Assembly: GCF_964204645.1 (NCBI RefSeq)
Contig: NC_134031.1
Coordinates: 13,379,807-13,443,806 of the forward strand
Origin: Tubulanus polymorphus
Taxonomy: Eukaryota; Animalia; Nemertea
Direction: 5' to 3'
Length of the DNA stretch: 64,000 bases
Position 1 is the stretch's first letter. Every line of letters starts with the position of its first letter. The notes beneath the pieces are model-generated. The model was not told the origin of the DNA. It searched no databases and worked only from the letters and a program-made list of their open reading frames with translations. The translations under genes were made by a program, and so were the position numbers. Of this stretch, positions 47,428-61,166 are shown in pieces.

Positions 47428-47825
47428 GATGGAGTTAAGAAAAAGGTTAGATCTGAAAAACAAATTAAATGGGCAAGAGAATTAGGTAAAAGATCTTCAG
47501 AATTAAAAAAGCTAAGAAAAAGAAATTAACTGATATAAATGAATCACAGAAATTATCTGATATTGATTCAAATAATAATCCATCTGATTCTTCTAATAGT
47601 GGAAGAAATAATTACTTATATATTACAATTGGGTTAATCACAATTATTATATTATCCGGTGTAATATATAAATCAAAATTCAAATCTGATGATAAAGATG
47701 ATTCCAATGATAATCGGAAACTTAATTATCCGTGTACAGACAATAAACCTATTATACCAGAAAATAAGTCAAATCATAAAGCCATTGAAACTAAATCTAA
47801 ATTATTATTAATGGATTAAAATAAG

Positions 47826-48917
47826 ATGAAAAAAGAACAATATTTAAGAGATTTATATTATAACCCAGAAAGTGAAGTATCATATTCTAACGTTTCAGAA
47901 TTATGGAACAAAATAAAATCTGATAATGAAAATGGTGATATAAAATATAGTGAACTAAGATTATGGTTACAAAATCAACCAACATATCAAATCCATAAGA
48001 AAATGGATAAAACTTATTTAACAAGAAAAGTTATGGTTTCATATATCGATCAACAATGGCAAGCTGATTTAATTGACATGAAGAACTTAGAGGAATACAA
48101 CAAAGGATATTTCTGGATATTAAATGTTATAGACATATTCAGTAGATACGCATGGTCAATTCCAATCAAAAATAAAACTGGTATAGAAGTGACAAATGCT
48201 TTTAAATCAATATTTAAAGAAGCTATTCCAGATAACATACAATTTGATGAAGGTAAAGAATTTTATAACAAACATTTCAAAAAACTATTATCTGATAACG
48301 ATGTAGAATATTTTTCAACACACTCAGATAAAAAAGCATCTATTATACAAAGATTTAATAAAACATTGAAAACTAGAATGTGGAAATATTTTACTGCTAA
48401 TGAAACATATAAATATATCGATGTGTTAGATGATTTAGTGAAAGGTTATAATAATTCTAAACATAGTTCTATAAATATGAAACCTATACAAGCTAGAAAA
48501 GAAGATAATTCAGAAATGATATGGAATAATTTATACGGAGCGTTTGTTACACATGATTTCGGAGAACCTAAATTTAAAATTGGACAACACGTTAGAATAT
48601 CTAAATATAGAAAAACCTTTTATAAAGGTTATACCCCTAATTTTACAGAAGAAATATTCAAGATTAAAAAGATAATATTAACTAAACCTTTTGTTTATAA
48701 ACTAGAAGATCTAAAAGATGAAGAAATATTAGGTTATTTCTATGAACAAGAATTATCACTTGTACCAAATCCAGATGAAATAGAATACAAAATAGAAAAA
48801 GTATTGAAAACAAAAACTCTTAAAGGAAAAAAGTATTCTTTGGTGAAATATAAAGGATATGATGATAAATTTAATGAATGGATTTTATCTAGTAAAATTA
48901 AAAGAATAAATGAATAA
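47826..48917 (+). CDS. Mav-2 rve integrase + chromodomain, full length but third catalytic residue E>Q
   Basis: 363-aa ORF; SIIQRFNKT versus SIIERFNKT in Mav-1. Confidence 0.92.
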   Translation: MKKEQYLRDLYYNPESEVSYSNVSELWNKIKSDNENGDIKYSELRLWLQNQPTYQIHKKMDKTYLTRKVMVSYIDQQWQADLIDMKNLEEYNKGYFWILNVIDIFSRYAWSIPIKNKTGIEVTNAFKSIFKEAIPDNIQFDEGKEFYNKHFKKLLSDNDVEYFSTHSDKKASIIQRFNKTLKTRMWKYFTANETYKYIDVLDDLVKGYNNSKHSSINMKPIQARKEDNSEMIWNNLYGAFVTHDFGEPKFKIGQHVRISKYRKTFYKGYTPNFTEEIFKIKKIILTKPFVYKLEDLKDEEILGYFYEQELSLVPNPDEIEYKIEKVLKTKTLKGKKYSLVKYKGYDDKFNEWILSSKIKRINE

Positions 48918-49419
48918 AGATTTATTTATATTTGAATCGCATAATATGTTAGTTACTGGGGTAACAAACTGTGGTAAAACACATTTCATATTAGATTTGT
49001 TAGAATCTATTTATAAGAATCATTTTGATAATATAATATTATTCTGTCCTACTTATGAAATGAATAAAACATATTATAGAGATATAGTTAAAATAAAAAA
49101 GTTTATTATATTAGATCCTAAAACAGTAAAAGAAAATTTAGATAATTGTATTAAAATAGCAATTGATACTTATAAAGGATCAAATACATTATTCATTATA
49201 GATGATTGTTATTTCAGGATTATAATAATTATCAACATTTATTGCGCCATTAGTATATGTTGCAATGGTAAAAAATATTAATATACCTTTAATAGATCTT
49301 CTTGGGAAGTTAATATTCTCATTAATTATTTCATCATTTGCATTAATAGTTACAGTTTTAAATTTATCAATATAATCGTATAATAATGAAAATCCTTGAT
49401 TGTATTTAGTTTGAATTAT
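48910..49419. pseudogene. Mav-2 ATPase 5' half (+) joined by a ~1.5-kb deletion to an MCP fragment (-)
   Basis: ATPase runs to FIIDDC (~49209); 49207-49419 is the reverse complement of Mav-1 ~13566-13778; TTG microhomology at the junction. Confidence 0.85.
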
Positions 49420-50744
49420 GGGACGATAGAAAATGCACGACATGAAAATGACTGTAACGGAATATACCTACAATGAAAGCATGGGAATAATCCACTATTA
49501 GAAAATACTAGAAATGGCACAACCTGAAACAACCCAAGAAATACCCCTTACTGGAAAATACAGGAAATTGAAAATGTAGGAATATTCCAGTTCCTGCAAA
49601 GTGTGATGCATGTTTTTCCGGCATTTTCCAGTTCTTGTACTTTCCAGTTCTTGTTCATTATTGATGTGCACATTCTTGTATTTTCATGTCATGCTTTTTC
49701 TAGTTCTTGTATTTTCATGTTGTTCATTTTCAGCATCCTACTGTCTATCGCTGAATGTGCACAACATGAAAATACAAGAATCCATTAATGATCTTTATAT
49801 AGAAATTTCGGGATTTCATCCAGTTTTCAATAAATAATTAATGACAAATGGCCTATAAACATTTGCAAAAGCAAAGATCATCCACGAAATTATTTTCTTT
49901 CTAATGTTGATAATTCATCAGTTCATCATTATAATGTCTATTTAGATTATTAGTACCAAATGTAAGCGAAGCTGAAAATTTGATATAGATATTCCATGTA
50001 TTGGCATTGTATATACAATTTTACAGGTTTAGTGTAGTGTTATTAGGGGAAGAATTATTAGCATCTAATTTAACGATGAATTGGGGGAAAAATTGACGTA
50101 TAAATTACATTCACCGTACCCCTAGGAAGACAACAATGTTAGTTTGTCTTCTACTCATAATTAGTTTAGGGGATGCTAATTAAAATATGCCTATATATCG
50201 GGTGCTGCATGTCAAATTTCTCATATTGCTTCCTGACGATCTGTGAATATGGAATATACAGTAATTCAAAAAGGACGAGGACTCTGGTATATATGCGGAG
50301 AGTTTTTGTATAAAAAAACGAGAACCCATCACGACACAACATACCTTTCCTGCGTTGAAGAGTTTTGTCCAGGGACAGCAAAGATTTCCGAAAATAGACG
50401 CCAAATCATTGTAAGTATGAAAACTTGTTTCTGCTACATGGATAGAATTTTGTTCTAGAAAAGTTATTAGATATGATAACATGCATTTGTGGTTATATTA
50501 TATATTTATTTTAACCAGAGGTATTGTTAGCATGGTTAGCAATATGAACATCTTATTTCGTAAGTTGTAGTCTTATTTCCTTAATACAACAATACAAATG
50601 TTACTTAATAGGTAACGTGTTTATTTCACAAATGAGCTTTTACTATTAATATTCATCAGAGGCGCGTTCACACATTTAGATCTGTCCAATTTGGACCGGA
50701 TCAAGCGTTCACACATGCGAAATGTCTGATCTCGATTGGTCCGT

Positions 50745-52120
50745 AGAAAAATTCCCCTGGGTAAAAATCCCCCAAGTAGGTAAACATCCCCACTTGGTGA
50801 TTTTCAAGAACATTTCAAAGCAAATGTTTCTCCAACTTTGTTCATTTGCAATAAGAATGCAATATGTTTGACTTGTGCAATGAAATCTTTTGTTGGGATC
50901 AATTCTTAAGTAAATTGTTACAATCAAATTAATTGTTAGAATTGATATAATAATAATGAACTTTTGAACTTAAATAATGAACTTTTTATTTCTAATATCT
51001 TAAAATTCAAACTGGAATTTTTTTGAACTGTGAACTTTTTTGTTATCTTATGGTATATTTGAGCTGCGCGATACCATGCATTGTAAGAAATAATGAACTT
51101 TTAATTTGAAATATTTTAGATCCAAGCTAGTGTAATATATTCGAAATGTGCGATGAACGCTTTCATACGGAAGCCCCTAGATGACATACGAGATCAAAAT
51201 AAATTCACAATTTCGACTTATTATATCGAAATTCGACTTAATAAGTATTATTATAACATCTTTGGCAATACAGTGTACACAATATAATTTAAAGAATAAA
51301 CTAGTAGTAGTTTTCCACCTCTCAATAGCCCCTTATCTAAATTGCTCGGTATACTTGTTAGTCAGGCCTAGGTCAGGCTATCAGTCTAATGAGTGCGCTT
51401 AATTGCCATTTGTTTCCTTTGTATTCCATTCATCTGGGGATATGGTCTTTGATGGTACATTCTGGCCATGTTTAATGCACAGTGTTTAATCGTCCATACC
51501 TTACTATGAATGTAGGTAAAAATTCACTTTTCGATCAAACAAGATTATACAAATTAGATTTAACTCTTAGAATAAAATAAATTGTTAGAATTAATAAGAA
51601 TAATGAACTTTTATTTGTAATACGAACTGGAATATTTTTGAACTGTGAGCTCTTGTTAACGTGTGGTATATTTGAGCTGTGCGATGCCATAAATTATAAG
51701 CAATAATGAACTTTCAATTTGAAATAGTTTTCAAATGTGCGATTAACCCTTTCATTAACTGCGAGAACTAACTGCGTACTAATGATAAACGGTACTAGTT
51801 TAGTATTAATGAACTGTTAATTTGTAGTATGTTTCAATTCAAATAGTTTATACTATATCTTAGATAGAGAGTCGAGATAATTAAAGATCCATATCATATA
51901 TATACTATATAAACTAGTACTATAGTTTATATAGTATATATATGATATCCTTATGGTGTTCCACAGTAAAATATATGAATACATTAGATATATGTGTCAA
52001 TAACATGAATTAATTGGCTTAAGATTGTATCTACTTCCACTACATTCAGAAGAAGGGGGATTTTTACCTACTTTGAATAATTGGAGATTTTTACAGAGGG
52101 GATTTTTACCAAGGGAAAAA
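50745..52120. mobile_element. Possible degenerate TIR element inside the MULE intron
   Basis: GGTAAAAATCCCC...AAGTAGGTAAA at ~50760 and inverted GGGGATTTTTACC repeats at ~52055-52115; internal ~200-bp duplication (~50930 vs ~51580). Confidence 0.4.
51891..51948. repeat. Perfect 26-bp-arm AT-rich palindrome
   Basis: ATATCATATATATACTATATAAACTA-gtacta-TAGTTTATATAGTATATATATGATAT. Confidence 0.9.
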
Positions 52121-54779
52121 ACCCAAACTAACGAAGGGATTAGAACAGTCATTTCTATTGTTCAATCATTTCAAATACTCCGTGCCATATGATCAAATAT
52201 GTCAATAATAGTAAATAGCTTAGCATAAGGATTTTGTCACTCTTCACTAACAATTATTTACTAAACGTTCAGTGATCGTATTGTACATGTCTTTGAGTTT
52301 GAATCTATTTTGAGTTTTTTAAACAGTGTGTTCAATTTCATTGCAAATTTTAGTGAAATCAAATACGGGCAGATTTTTAATGTATTTTGATGTTTTAGAA
52401 ACTAATAGCAGATTTATTTGGATTAAATCCAGAACTTATGTATGGAAATACAACTGAAGGTCGTTCTACCATTTACACATAAAAAAACCTATCTAGCCCA
52501 TCGTACAAGAGAAGATGCCATCAAAAATTAGTATTTTTTTCTGAGATGAATTTAGAGTTCAACTGTTTTCTTTTCTTCAGAGGCAACACTCAGATCATTC
52601 ATCAGCAGATAAAATCGCTGAGTTAATATTGGTAAACAAATGCAGAAAGCGGGCTGCTGAGGAAGATCTGCCACTCAGACAAATTTTCGATGAAGAATCC
52701 AGAAGAAATGATGTCGGGGACCGAATAAGTTTCTGCAACATAGAGAGTGGGATGTATAAAAGACGTAGATTAAATCAACCTGCGTTGCCAAATACATTGG
52801 AGGAATTGCCCGCTGCAATCTTCAATAGCATTCACAATGAGATGGCTGATGGTTCTCCGTTTTTTCGTGGTGTTGTTGATGCTGGTGCCGATGGATTTGC
52901 GTTGATATTTGCTAGTGATGCACAGATTCAACTACTCACTGGCAGAGAATCAGTCAGTATGGATGCAACCTTCAAAACAGTCCCGCGGATGTTTTATCAA
53001 ATGTTCACTGTTTTTGTTACCGTTACCGGACACGTTTTTCCGACAATTTTTGTACTAATGACTCGAAAGACTGAGTCGCTTTATAAAGCAGTTTTTGAGA
53101 AGATCGATTTGGTAGCTCCTGCGTTTAGACCAGATCGTGTTATGGCTGATTTTGAACAAGCACAGACCAACGCAATTAGAACCGTTCATCCGAACATCTC
53201 AGTTTCTGGTTGCTGGTTCCACTATGCACAAGCAGTTCTACGCCGACTTCAAAATCTTGGATTGATCGTTTTTTATCGATAAAACGGGATACCCCCGAAG
53301 TTGTACGTAGGCAGCTCAACCAGTTCTTCACATATTTAGAGCGGTATTGGATTAACCGGATTGGTGTGAATCGTTTATCAGTCAACGGTTGTACCGAAAT
53401 AACCAACAACGGTGTGGAAAGTTTTCACGCTACCCTTAGAAAAAGTTGGGTATTCATCCCAATTTATTTATTCACTTGAACAATCTAAAGAAAATTGCGT
53501 TAGATTCGGAAAATGAAACTTCCCGTCTTCAGCGTGGATTAGAAATAAGATGGCGGCGTAAACGTAAAGTAGTGTTAACGGATAACGTTATAAGATTGTG
53601 CGCCCAAAGACTTTCAAGTGGACATTATACTATTGTCGAATTTTTGAATGCCACACGACATGCGATCGGAGGATATGCTAATCCCGATAACTGGCTACAA
53701 GACATCAATTCCGACAATGAGAATGATGATGGGGACAACGAATTTAATGAAAGTGTTCATGATGACAGTGGCGATGATGATCTCGATGATGAAGATTTGC
53801 CCGAGTTGGCTGAGGAACCAATTGCGGAAGATCCTCCTCGTGCGAATGAGCCAGCAGAACCCGTCATAAATGAAGAACTAATGTGCGTTATTTGTTTGAC
53901 CGAACCACGGGAACGCGTTGCATTGGTGCCCTGTGGACATATGCTGTTCTGTTCAGTATGCGTAGACAGGTTGACCGAGATAAGAGGTGCTATCTGCCCT
54001 GTCTGTCGTTCAGAAATTATGATGAAGATAAATTTTTATACCAATAGAAATTTCATATGAATAGTTCCAAATTAAGAATCGAAAGATAGAAAAAACAGAA
54101 AAACAGAAACATGCTTTGTGTATAATAATCAGATATCAAATTATCATTTGTAAATAATAAAATGGATAGAAGTAAAATTGCATCGTGAATCTGTCGTTCA
54201 TTTTACTCATCATGTTTACGCCGCAAGACAAGAGAAAAAATTTTCCCACAAACAGATAATAAACAGATTCTATATAAAGATCATTAATGGATTCTTGTAT
54301 TTTCATGTTGTGCACATTCAGCGATAGACAGTAGGATGCTGAAAATGAACAACATGAAAATACAAGAACTAGAAAAAGCATGACATGAAAATACAAGAAT
54401 GTGCACATCAATAATGAACAAGAACTGGAAAGTACAAGAACTGGAAAATGCCGGAAAAACATGCATCACACTTTGCAGGAACTGGAATATTCAGGAAATT
54501 CCTACATTTTCAATTTCCTGTATTTTCCGGTAAGGGGTATTTCTTGTATATTCCACTATTGGATTATTATTTTATAATCCAGTGTGTACGTTCCTACATT
54601 CTCCAGTTCTTGTTTTATCAGGTTGTGCCATTTCTAGTATTTTCTAATAGTGGATTATTCCCATGTTTTCATTGTAGGTATATTCCGTTACAGTCATTTT
54701 CATGTCGTGCATTTTCAGCGTCCCCGTAAATGCTAGTTCCCCAGCCAGCCTGCCGATACAACAACCAGCCGGTTACAGA

Positions 54780-54789
54780 TGGTGGAGAA
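54780..54789 (+). promoter_or_regulatory. Primer-binding site, probably tRNA-Ala
   Basis: TGGTGGAGA 2 nt after the LTR end, complementary to ...UCUCCACCA. Confidence 0.65.
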
Positions 54790-55159
54790 CCCAAATTTAA
54801 GTCCTCGTGACTTACACAAGTACAGATGAAGATGCTGATATACGGATTGTGACTGAAACATACCACAAAATAGAAGATCGCATTCAACTACACTTGTGAC
54901 AAGACCGTGCTGATCGCCGAAATCGCTGCTGTTTTGGTTGATACAACACATTATGGTAACTTGTTGTCAGCCATAGGTAATATAATTGAATCTTCATCTC
55001 GATTTAGTGGTCGGATATTGAGTATAGGAAATTATAGCTCTTTGAGTTTGGGAGCATTACTGTGTAGTTGAGCAGTTTGATATATATCTCAAGTTTCGAT
55101 TGTTCAATTCAAAGCATTTTTCTAGCAAACATTATTCATAATCAGTTTCATTTCGTTCT

Positions 55160-58100
55160 GTGCACTTAAGTTTTATACACTTAAAAAAGATGAAGCGCAT
55201 ACATTGTAGTAAGGATGTTTGTCGCAAAGAAGCATCTCGATTATGGGTACCTGATATCAATGCGGTTGATATAAGCTTAGTTTCAGGGTTGAATCGGAAT
55301 ATTATAAACGTTGATATTAATAAACACTCCCAACGAGCATTAGTCGATACAGGTGCATCAATTTCATGTATTGCTAGATCAACGGTCGAAGGATGTATCA
55401 AAAATCCCATATATAGTCATTCGGATATAAACATTATTAGAGGAGTTTGTGGGGAAGCACATTCAGTAATTGGTAGAATTGATGTACCCATTTGCATTCA
55501 ATCTCATGTATTAACACATAAGTTTTATGTATTCGATAGGCTACATACAGATGTCATTCTAGGACTGGATTTTTTGAAGGAAAACAATGTAAACATTGAC
55601 CTTGCATCAGGCACAATTGAATTTAAAGATGTTTCGATTCCATTAAAGATTCTTAGGAATAAACAAGAGCTGTACAGAAATAAAGCTAAAACGATTAACA
55701 GGATAGTTATTTCACCAAATACTAAACAAATAGTTCAAATAAGTGTCGATACGTTGGCGGAAGGTTCATTGGTTGTTTTTGAACCATACAACCACAAGTT
55801 ATTGAATAAATATTTAGGTGGAGGTAAAACGTTATGCAAAATCACGGACGGTAAAATCTTCGCTACTATTGTGAATCCTACTAATGAACCGATTCAAATT
55901 TCAAAAGATTATGTGCTTGGATATGCATACAATGTAACTGACGATGATTGTTTCGATTTCGCAGATGACAATATTAGTGCAAATATTTTCTCCGTTGATA
56001 CTGATACACCACGAAATTATGATGAAAAAATTAAAATAGCTGAAAATTTAGGCATAAAAATTCCAGAAAACTCAGGATTGACTCTGGAACAAAAAGAGAG
56101 ATTAATGTATTTAATTGGATGTAATAGGTCAATATTTGCTAGTAACTTACAGGAAATCGGCAAAACTTCATTAGTTACCCATAAGATAGAAACAACTGAT
56201 GACGACCCTATAATTCAAAGACCTTATCGCAAAAGTCCACACTTGAGACAGGTAGAAAACGACTTGGTTAACGAACTGTTAGATGCCGATCTTATTGAAC
56301 CAACTGATTCTGTTTTCAATAATCCTGTGGTTTTGATCAGAAAACCAGACAATACGTATAGGTTTACTATTGATTTTACAAAACTGAATTCGAAGACCGT
56401 AACGCAATCATTTCCACTACCTCATTTTGATGATGTATTTGACACTATAGCCGATGCTAAACCCATGATATTTAGTAAATTAGATCTTAATTCAGGATTT
56501 CACCAGATACCGTTACATGAAGAATCGCGTCATAAAACAGCTTTTCAAACGACACAAGGCAAAATGTGCTTCAAAAGAATGCCGATGGGAATTAAGAATG
56601 GTCCTATGGCTTTTCAGATGCTTATGTCAAAATGTTTAGGTCATTTGAATTGGCAATATGTATTGTGTTTCATTGATGATCTAATCATATTCTCTCAAGA
56701 TTTTGACAGTCACCTAGTTCATTTATCAAATGTTTTTGAGAAGCTTAAACAAGCCGGTCTAACTGCCAAACCGACTAAGTGTGAATTTGCAGTCCCAGAA
56801 ATTGAATATCTGGGTTATACCTTATCTGCTGAGGGTCTTCGTGTTTGGTTAAAGAACATCGAAAAGGTTAACAGCTTTCCAGTTCCGTCCAATGTCAAAC
56901 AATTACGAAGTTTTCTAGGGTTGACAAATTTTTACAGGAAATTCATTCAAAATTATGCATCAATAGTTTCTCCCTTAAATGCTTTGAACTGTAAAGATGT
57001 GAAGTTCAAATGGACCCCTGATTGTCAGAAAGCTTTTGATACGCTTAAACAGGAATTAACTAGTGATCCAATTCTGATATTCCCTGATTTCAATTCTCGT
57101 TTCTATCTCTCGGTTGACTCTTCGGACTATGCTATTGGTTACGTTTCGTCTCAGAAAAAGAATAATTTAGAACATGTTATCGGATATGGTGGTCGCGCGT
57201 TACGTGTAAACGAAAAGAAATGGCATATTAGTGATAAGGAAGGATTAGCTTTGATTGAAGGAATTCAGAATTTTCATCCCTACCTGATTGGAAATGAATT
57301 CACTGTGTATACTGATAGCAAAAGTTTAACGTATATTCATGAAAACCGACTAAATAAACGTGTAGGACGTTGGGAATTGGCTCTTCAAGCATATAATTTT
57401 TCTGTTGAACACCGACCGGGTAAGAAAAATGGCAATTGCGACGGTTTAAGTAGACGAGATTATGATAAATCTCCTCCTCCTAGACCTGATGATCCTTCAC
57501 AAGAAACTGTTTTCACAGCAATGACACATGGATCTCAGTCTTATGAAGTCGTGTTTGATTATACTAGCCCCGTGGTGGCTGAGTTAACTCCTGATACTTA
57601 TAAGGAGATTGAACTGATTAAACCTGCTAATATAACTCACTTACAGCGGAATTGCCCTGAAGTTTGTCACATGTTGGAACATAAGTTAGATCCATCATAT
57701 GCTGTCAACGATGAAAAACTGTTTCGAAAGCTCAGTTGGAGGGCCGACCAATATGGTATTATCGATGGCACGTTATATTATTTGTATACGCCTAGAGTTA
57801 CTGGTATTCCTAAAGCCGAGAAGGTCATCCCAGTTCTTGAAGTTCCTAGGTCATTACGGTCGGAAATATTGAGAGCTTACCATGATTCATTAGTGGGAGG
57901 TTGCCACCAGGGTCGAGATCGTCTTTATGGTGTTTTACGTAATAAATATCGTTGGATTCCATGTATGAAGATTGTGGGAAATATGTTTCTACTTGTGAGA
58001 ATTGCCAACAGGTCAAACGGAATTATCATAGTCATCCAACACCCTTACAACCATTACCAATTGAAGGCTAATTCTCAAGATGGCACATTGACTTCCTTTG

Positions 58101-60102
58101 CAATCTTCCGGAGACACCTGATGGTAATAAGCATATTCTACTCGTGGTAGATAGCTGGAGTAAATGGCCCGAGGCTTTTCCTCTCAAAACTCAGGAAACA
58201 ACAGAGGTAGCAAAGGTTCTCTTTAAAGAGATATTTTCGCGGTATGGTGCTCCTCATTCTTTAGTCTCTGATCGCGGTTAAACATTTATGTCTAAGTTAG
58301 TTGAAGCTCTCTGTGAATTGTTTCACGTGAAACAACATTTCACCGCTCCGTACCATCCTCAATCAAACTCAGTTTGCGAGAGAACTAACCAGTACATTTG
58401 GCAGTCGCTTAGGTCGTATTGTAACCAGGATCAGACTAATTGGGATACACTAATACCAAGTGTAATGATGAGTTATAGGCATGTTCCCTCAACTGAAGGT
58501 TCAGGTTTTAGCCCTTACCACATGTTATTTGGTCAAGAAATGCGTCTACCAATACACACGGCTTTAATTCCATGGCATTCGTTAGCTACTGATCATAAGG
58601 CATACATATCACATATATTAAGGCAGCTGGTCATATCACGAAATATCGCTAACGAGAATATTAAAAGAGCTCAAAATAAGTATAAAACTCAATTCGATAA
58701 AAAGGCCTTAAAACCTCAGTTTCAGATTACTGATCGCGGTTGGCTAAAAGTCATGAAAGTTAAGAAAGGAAAATCACCAAAACTGTGTAAAAAATACGTA
58801 GGTCCTTATTTCATTCAGTCAATAGCTAGTAAAGGGGCTTATCAATTACGAAGAATCTCTGATAACGTTTTACCCCCATCGCATGTCAATGGGAACCGTC
58901 TTAAGTTATACAAAGATCCCTCATCGCGTCCAAATTATGAAGAGGTCGCATGGGATGGTTCAACAGCTGAGGAAAACCCTGAATTATTCGACGAGATTCA
59001 TGGGCGCTTAAAATATAAACCTAGCAATTTAGCTGATACTCCAACTGACACTCAAATTTCGGCTGACGATAACAAAGATAGACCGGTAGTTACTGAGACT
59101 TTCAATGAATCAGATATTCAGAAAATTCTACAGTACAAACTAGAAAGTGGTTTATGTAAATATCGCGTAAAATGGAAGTCAGATTTAAATCGTGGAAATT
59201 CTTGGGAATTAGGAAAATGGATCCCAAATAAACTAATTCGACACTTTCACGAAAACTATGCGGCATCAGGCAAAAAACGTAAGAAACCTTGCAAAAGTAA
59301 GTTTTTTGATCGCATTACAGACAATTCTGATAATAATCAGGGACATCAAAACGATCGAAATGAAAACGAGAATGACGTAGCAAATATTATAATCACAAAT
59401 AAAGATAGATGTCAGGATAGTGAAGTAGAGATACGTGAAAAACCTAGAAGAAAATTAAATGGAACCGTAATACAGGGTGTATATGTTACTAATGATCGCT
59501 TTCAGGAATTTGATAATCAGATGTCTAATGAAGACTCATCAAATAATGAGAATGTAAATAGTGTATATTGTTCAGCTCGATCGAAAACTCACCAAGATCA
59601 TACGAATCAGGATAGCGTTAAGAGTAGTTCAGATTCAAGTAATGTCTCTATCGAAGAGGCTATTCGGACGGGAAATCGTCGAGCATTATGTCCATGCCCT
59701 ACAGGAAAAACGGTTGTTGCTACCAAATTTCAAAATAATGTGCTATTCGTAAAATATTACCATGACAGTCCATGGTATCGGGCATCAAAACAAGATTGGT
59801 TTGAAGTAAGTGATTACGGAGAAAGTCTTGAACATGTATGGGGTATATATCATGTCATCTTGGAAAATGAAAGGCCTCCCACCGAAACCGAGCTCAAAAA
59901 CATTATACCTACTGCCGCTCGAGCCGTATCAACACGTTTCAACGACCAGGGAGTCTTAGAATACTATGTTTTATTTGGGCGGTTCGCTCCCCCTGCATGG
60001 CGGCCTTGGTATGAAACACCTCCTGGCACACAAAGTCAGTACGCTTCTCGTTTAAAATCTATTTCTTCGAAACTCAGTAGTAGCTACAGTAGGTTTTCTT
60101 AA
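55160..60102 (+). pseudogene. pol: Gypsy B pol (PR, RT, RNase H, integrase, chromodomain, long C-terminal extension); one frameshift and one stop
   Basis: LVDTGASISCI; YRFTIDFTKLN, CFIDDLIIFS; VDSSDYAIG; PYHPQSNSVCERTN; GPY; KYRVKWK....NSWE. Confidence 0.93.
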
Positions 60103-60978
60103 GCTTTCCAGAATATCATATGGATATCAGCGATGAATTGATCAGCTTATTACTCGTACGTTTATTTTCAGTTTATTTACGCCCCGAACGGTTCAAAGAT
60201 CGGATAGTTTATACGTTCAATTAATATATACTAATCATTTTAAGTAGAGTGCATGAAATCTTTCGTAGAAAACACGCAAATAACGTCATTGTAAATCTAA
60301 TACGAGACATAACTGAGATCAGTGTAAAGTACGGTATGAATTTATCAATGATATAATATAACGTGGATTAATTGAGACTGCGATGATAGGTGTTAATACA
60401 GTTCAATTATGCTGGTGGTGTCATCTTTGCTCAATTACTATGGTTATTCTTTATTTACTTCTGACCACTTATTTTGGATGATGATAATTTTTTCCCTTTG
60501 GTTGACAAGGGTAACTGTATTTGTGTTGTGTCATTGCCTGAACTCTGCTCCGATGTCAAATGTTGCATGTTACTATCATTGTGTCACGAAGTTATTTCCA
60601 GTCAGTAATCGAAAGATCTCCAAAACAGAGAAATGCGTACTACTTGCAACTTGCATCACCAACTGATCTTCGGGACGCTATAACTACACAACACGTCGCT
60701 ACTTCTGTTCGTCGCAGAACCAACCAGAATTCGGGGATCGTTTGCAGATCATTCAAAATTACAGTTAACGTATCATCGCATCGTCCGTATATAACGACAA
60801 GATGTGACTCTTTCGTGAATGACTGATAATCCGGATGTTACTGTCCAGCGTTTGCACATTTTCGCGCGGTGAAACTCAATTTTTCATGTTCTCGCAGTGG
60901 AAGGAGGTTTAATGAACTTATACCATCAGCGTTTTCCGCAAATTTGGAGGACCAAATTTAATTGGACAAGGGGGCATC

Positions 60979-61075
60979 TGTCACCCTGATATAATTTGCA
61001 TATTTCATAATCATATAGATCTACAATGTCATATCGAACAGTTCATAACATTTCATAGCTCTACTACATATTATC

Positions 61076-61166
<91 letters not shown>

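Larger units (their letters stand above)
50249..54060 (+). pseudogene. Spliced MULE transposase: FLYWCH-like finger, DDE core, acidic linker, C3HC4 RING (exon 1 50249-50410, intron 50411-52580, exon 2 frameshifted)
   Basis: FLYKK...YLSC....CPGTAKI, then GTAAGT...TTTTCTTCAG, then RQHSDH in frame; MDATFKTVP, MADFEQA, GCWFHYAQAV, TNNGVESFH; CVIC...PCGHMLFCSVC...CPVCR. Confidence 0.85.
49420..54725 (+). mobile_element. Mutator-like (MULE) DNA transposon with ~385-460-bp TIRs
   Basis: GGGACG...CGTCCCC termini; TIRs 49420-49804 and 54268-54725; MULE transposase inside; no TSD. Confidence 0.9.

Noticed and set aside
49207-49419. Apparent inversion of an MCP fragment
   Set aside because: The orientation is what is expected for inverted Mav-2; a simple deletion explains it.
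49603-49837. Duplicated small ORFs (also 54136-54469)
   Set aside because: They lie within the MULE TIRs and are spurious.
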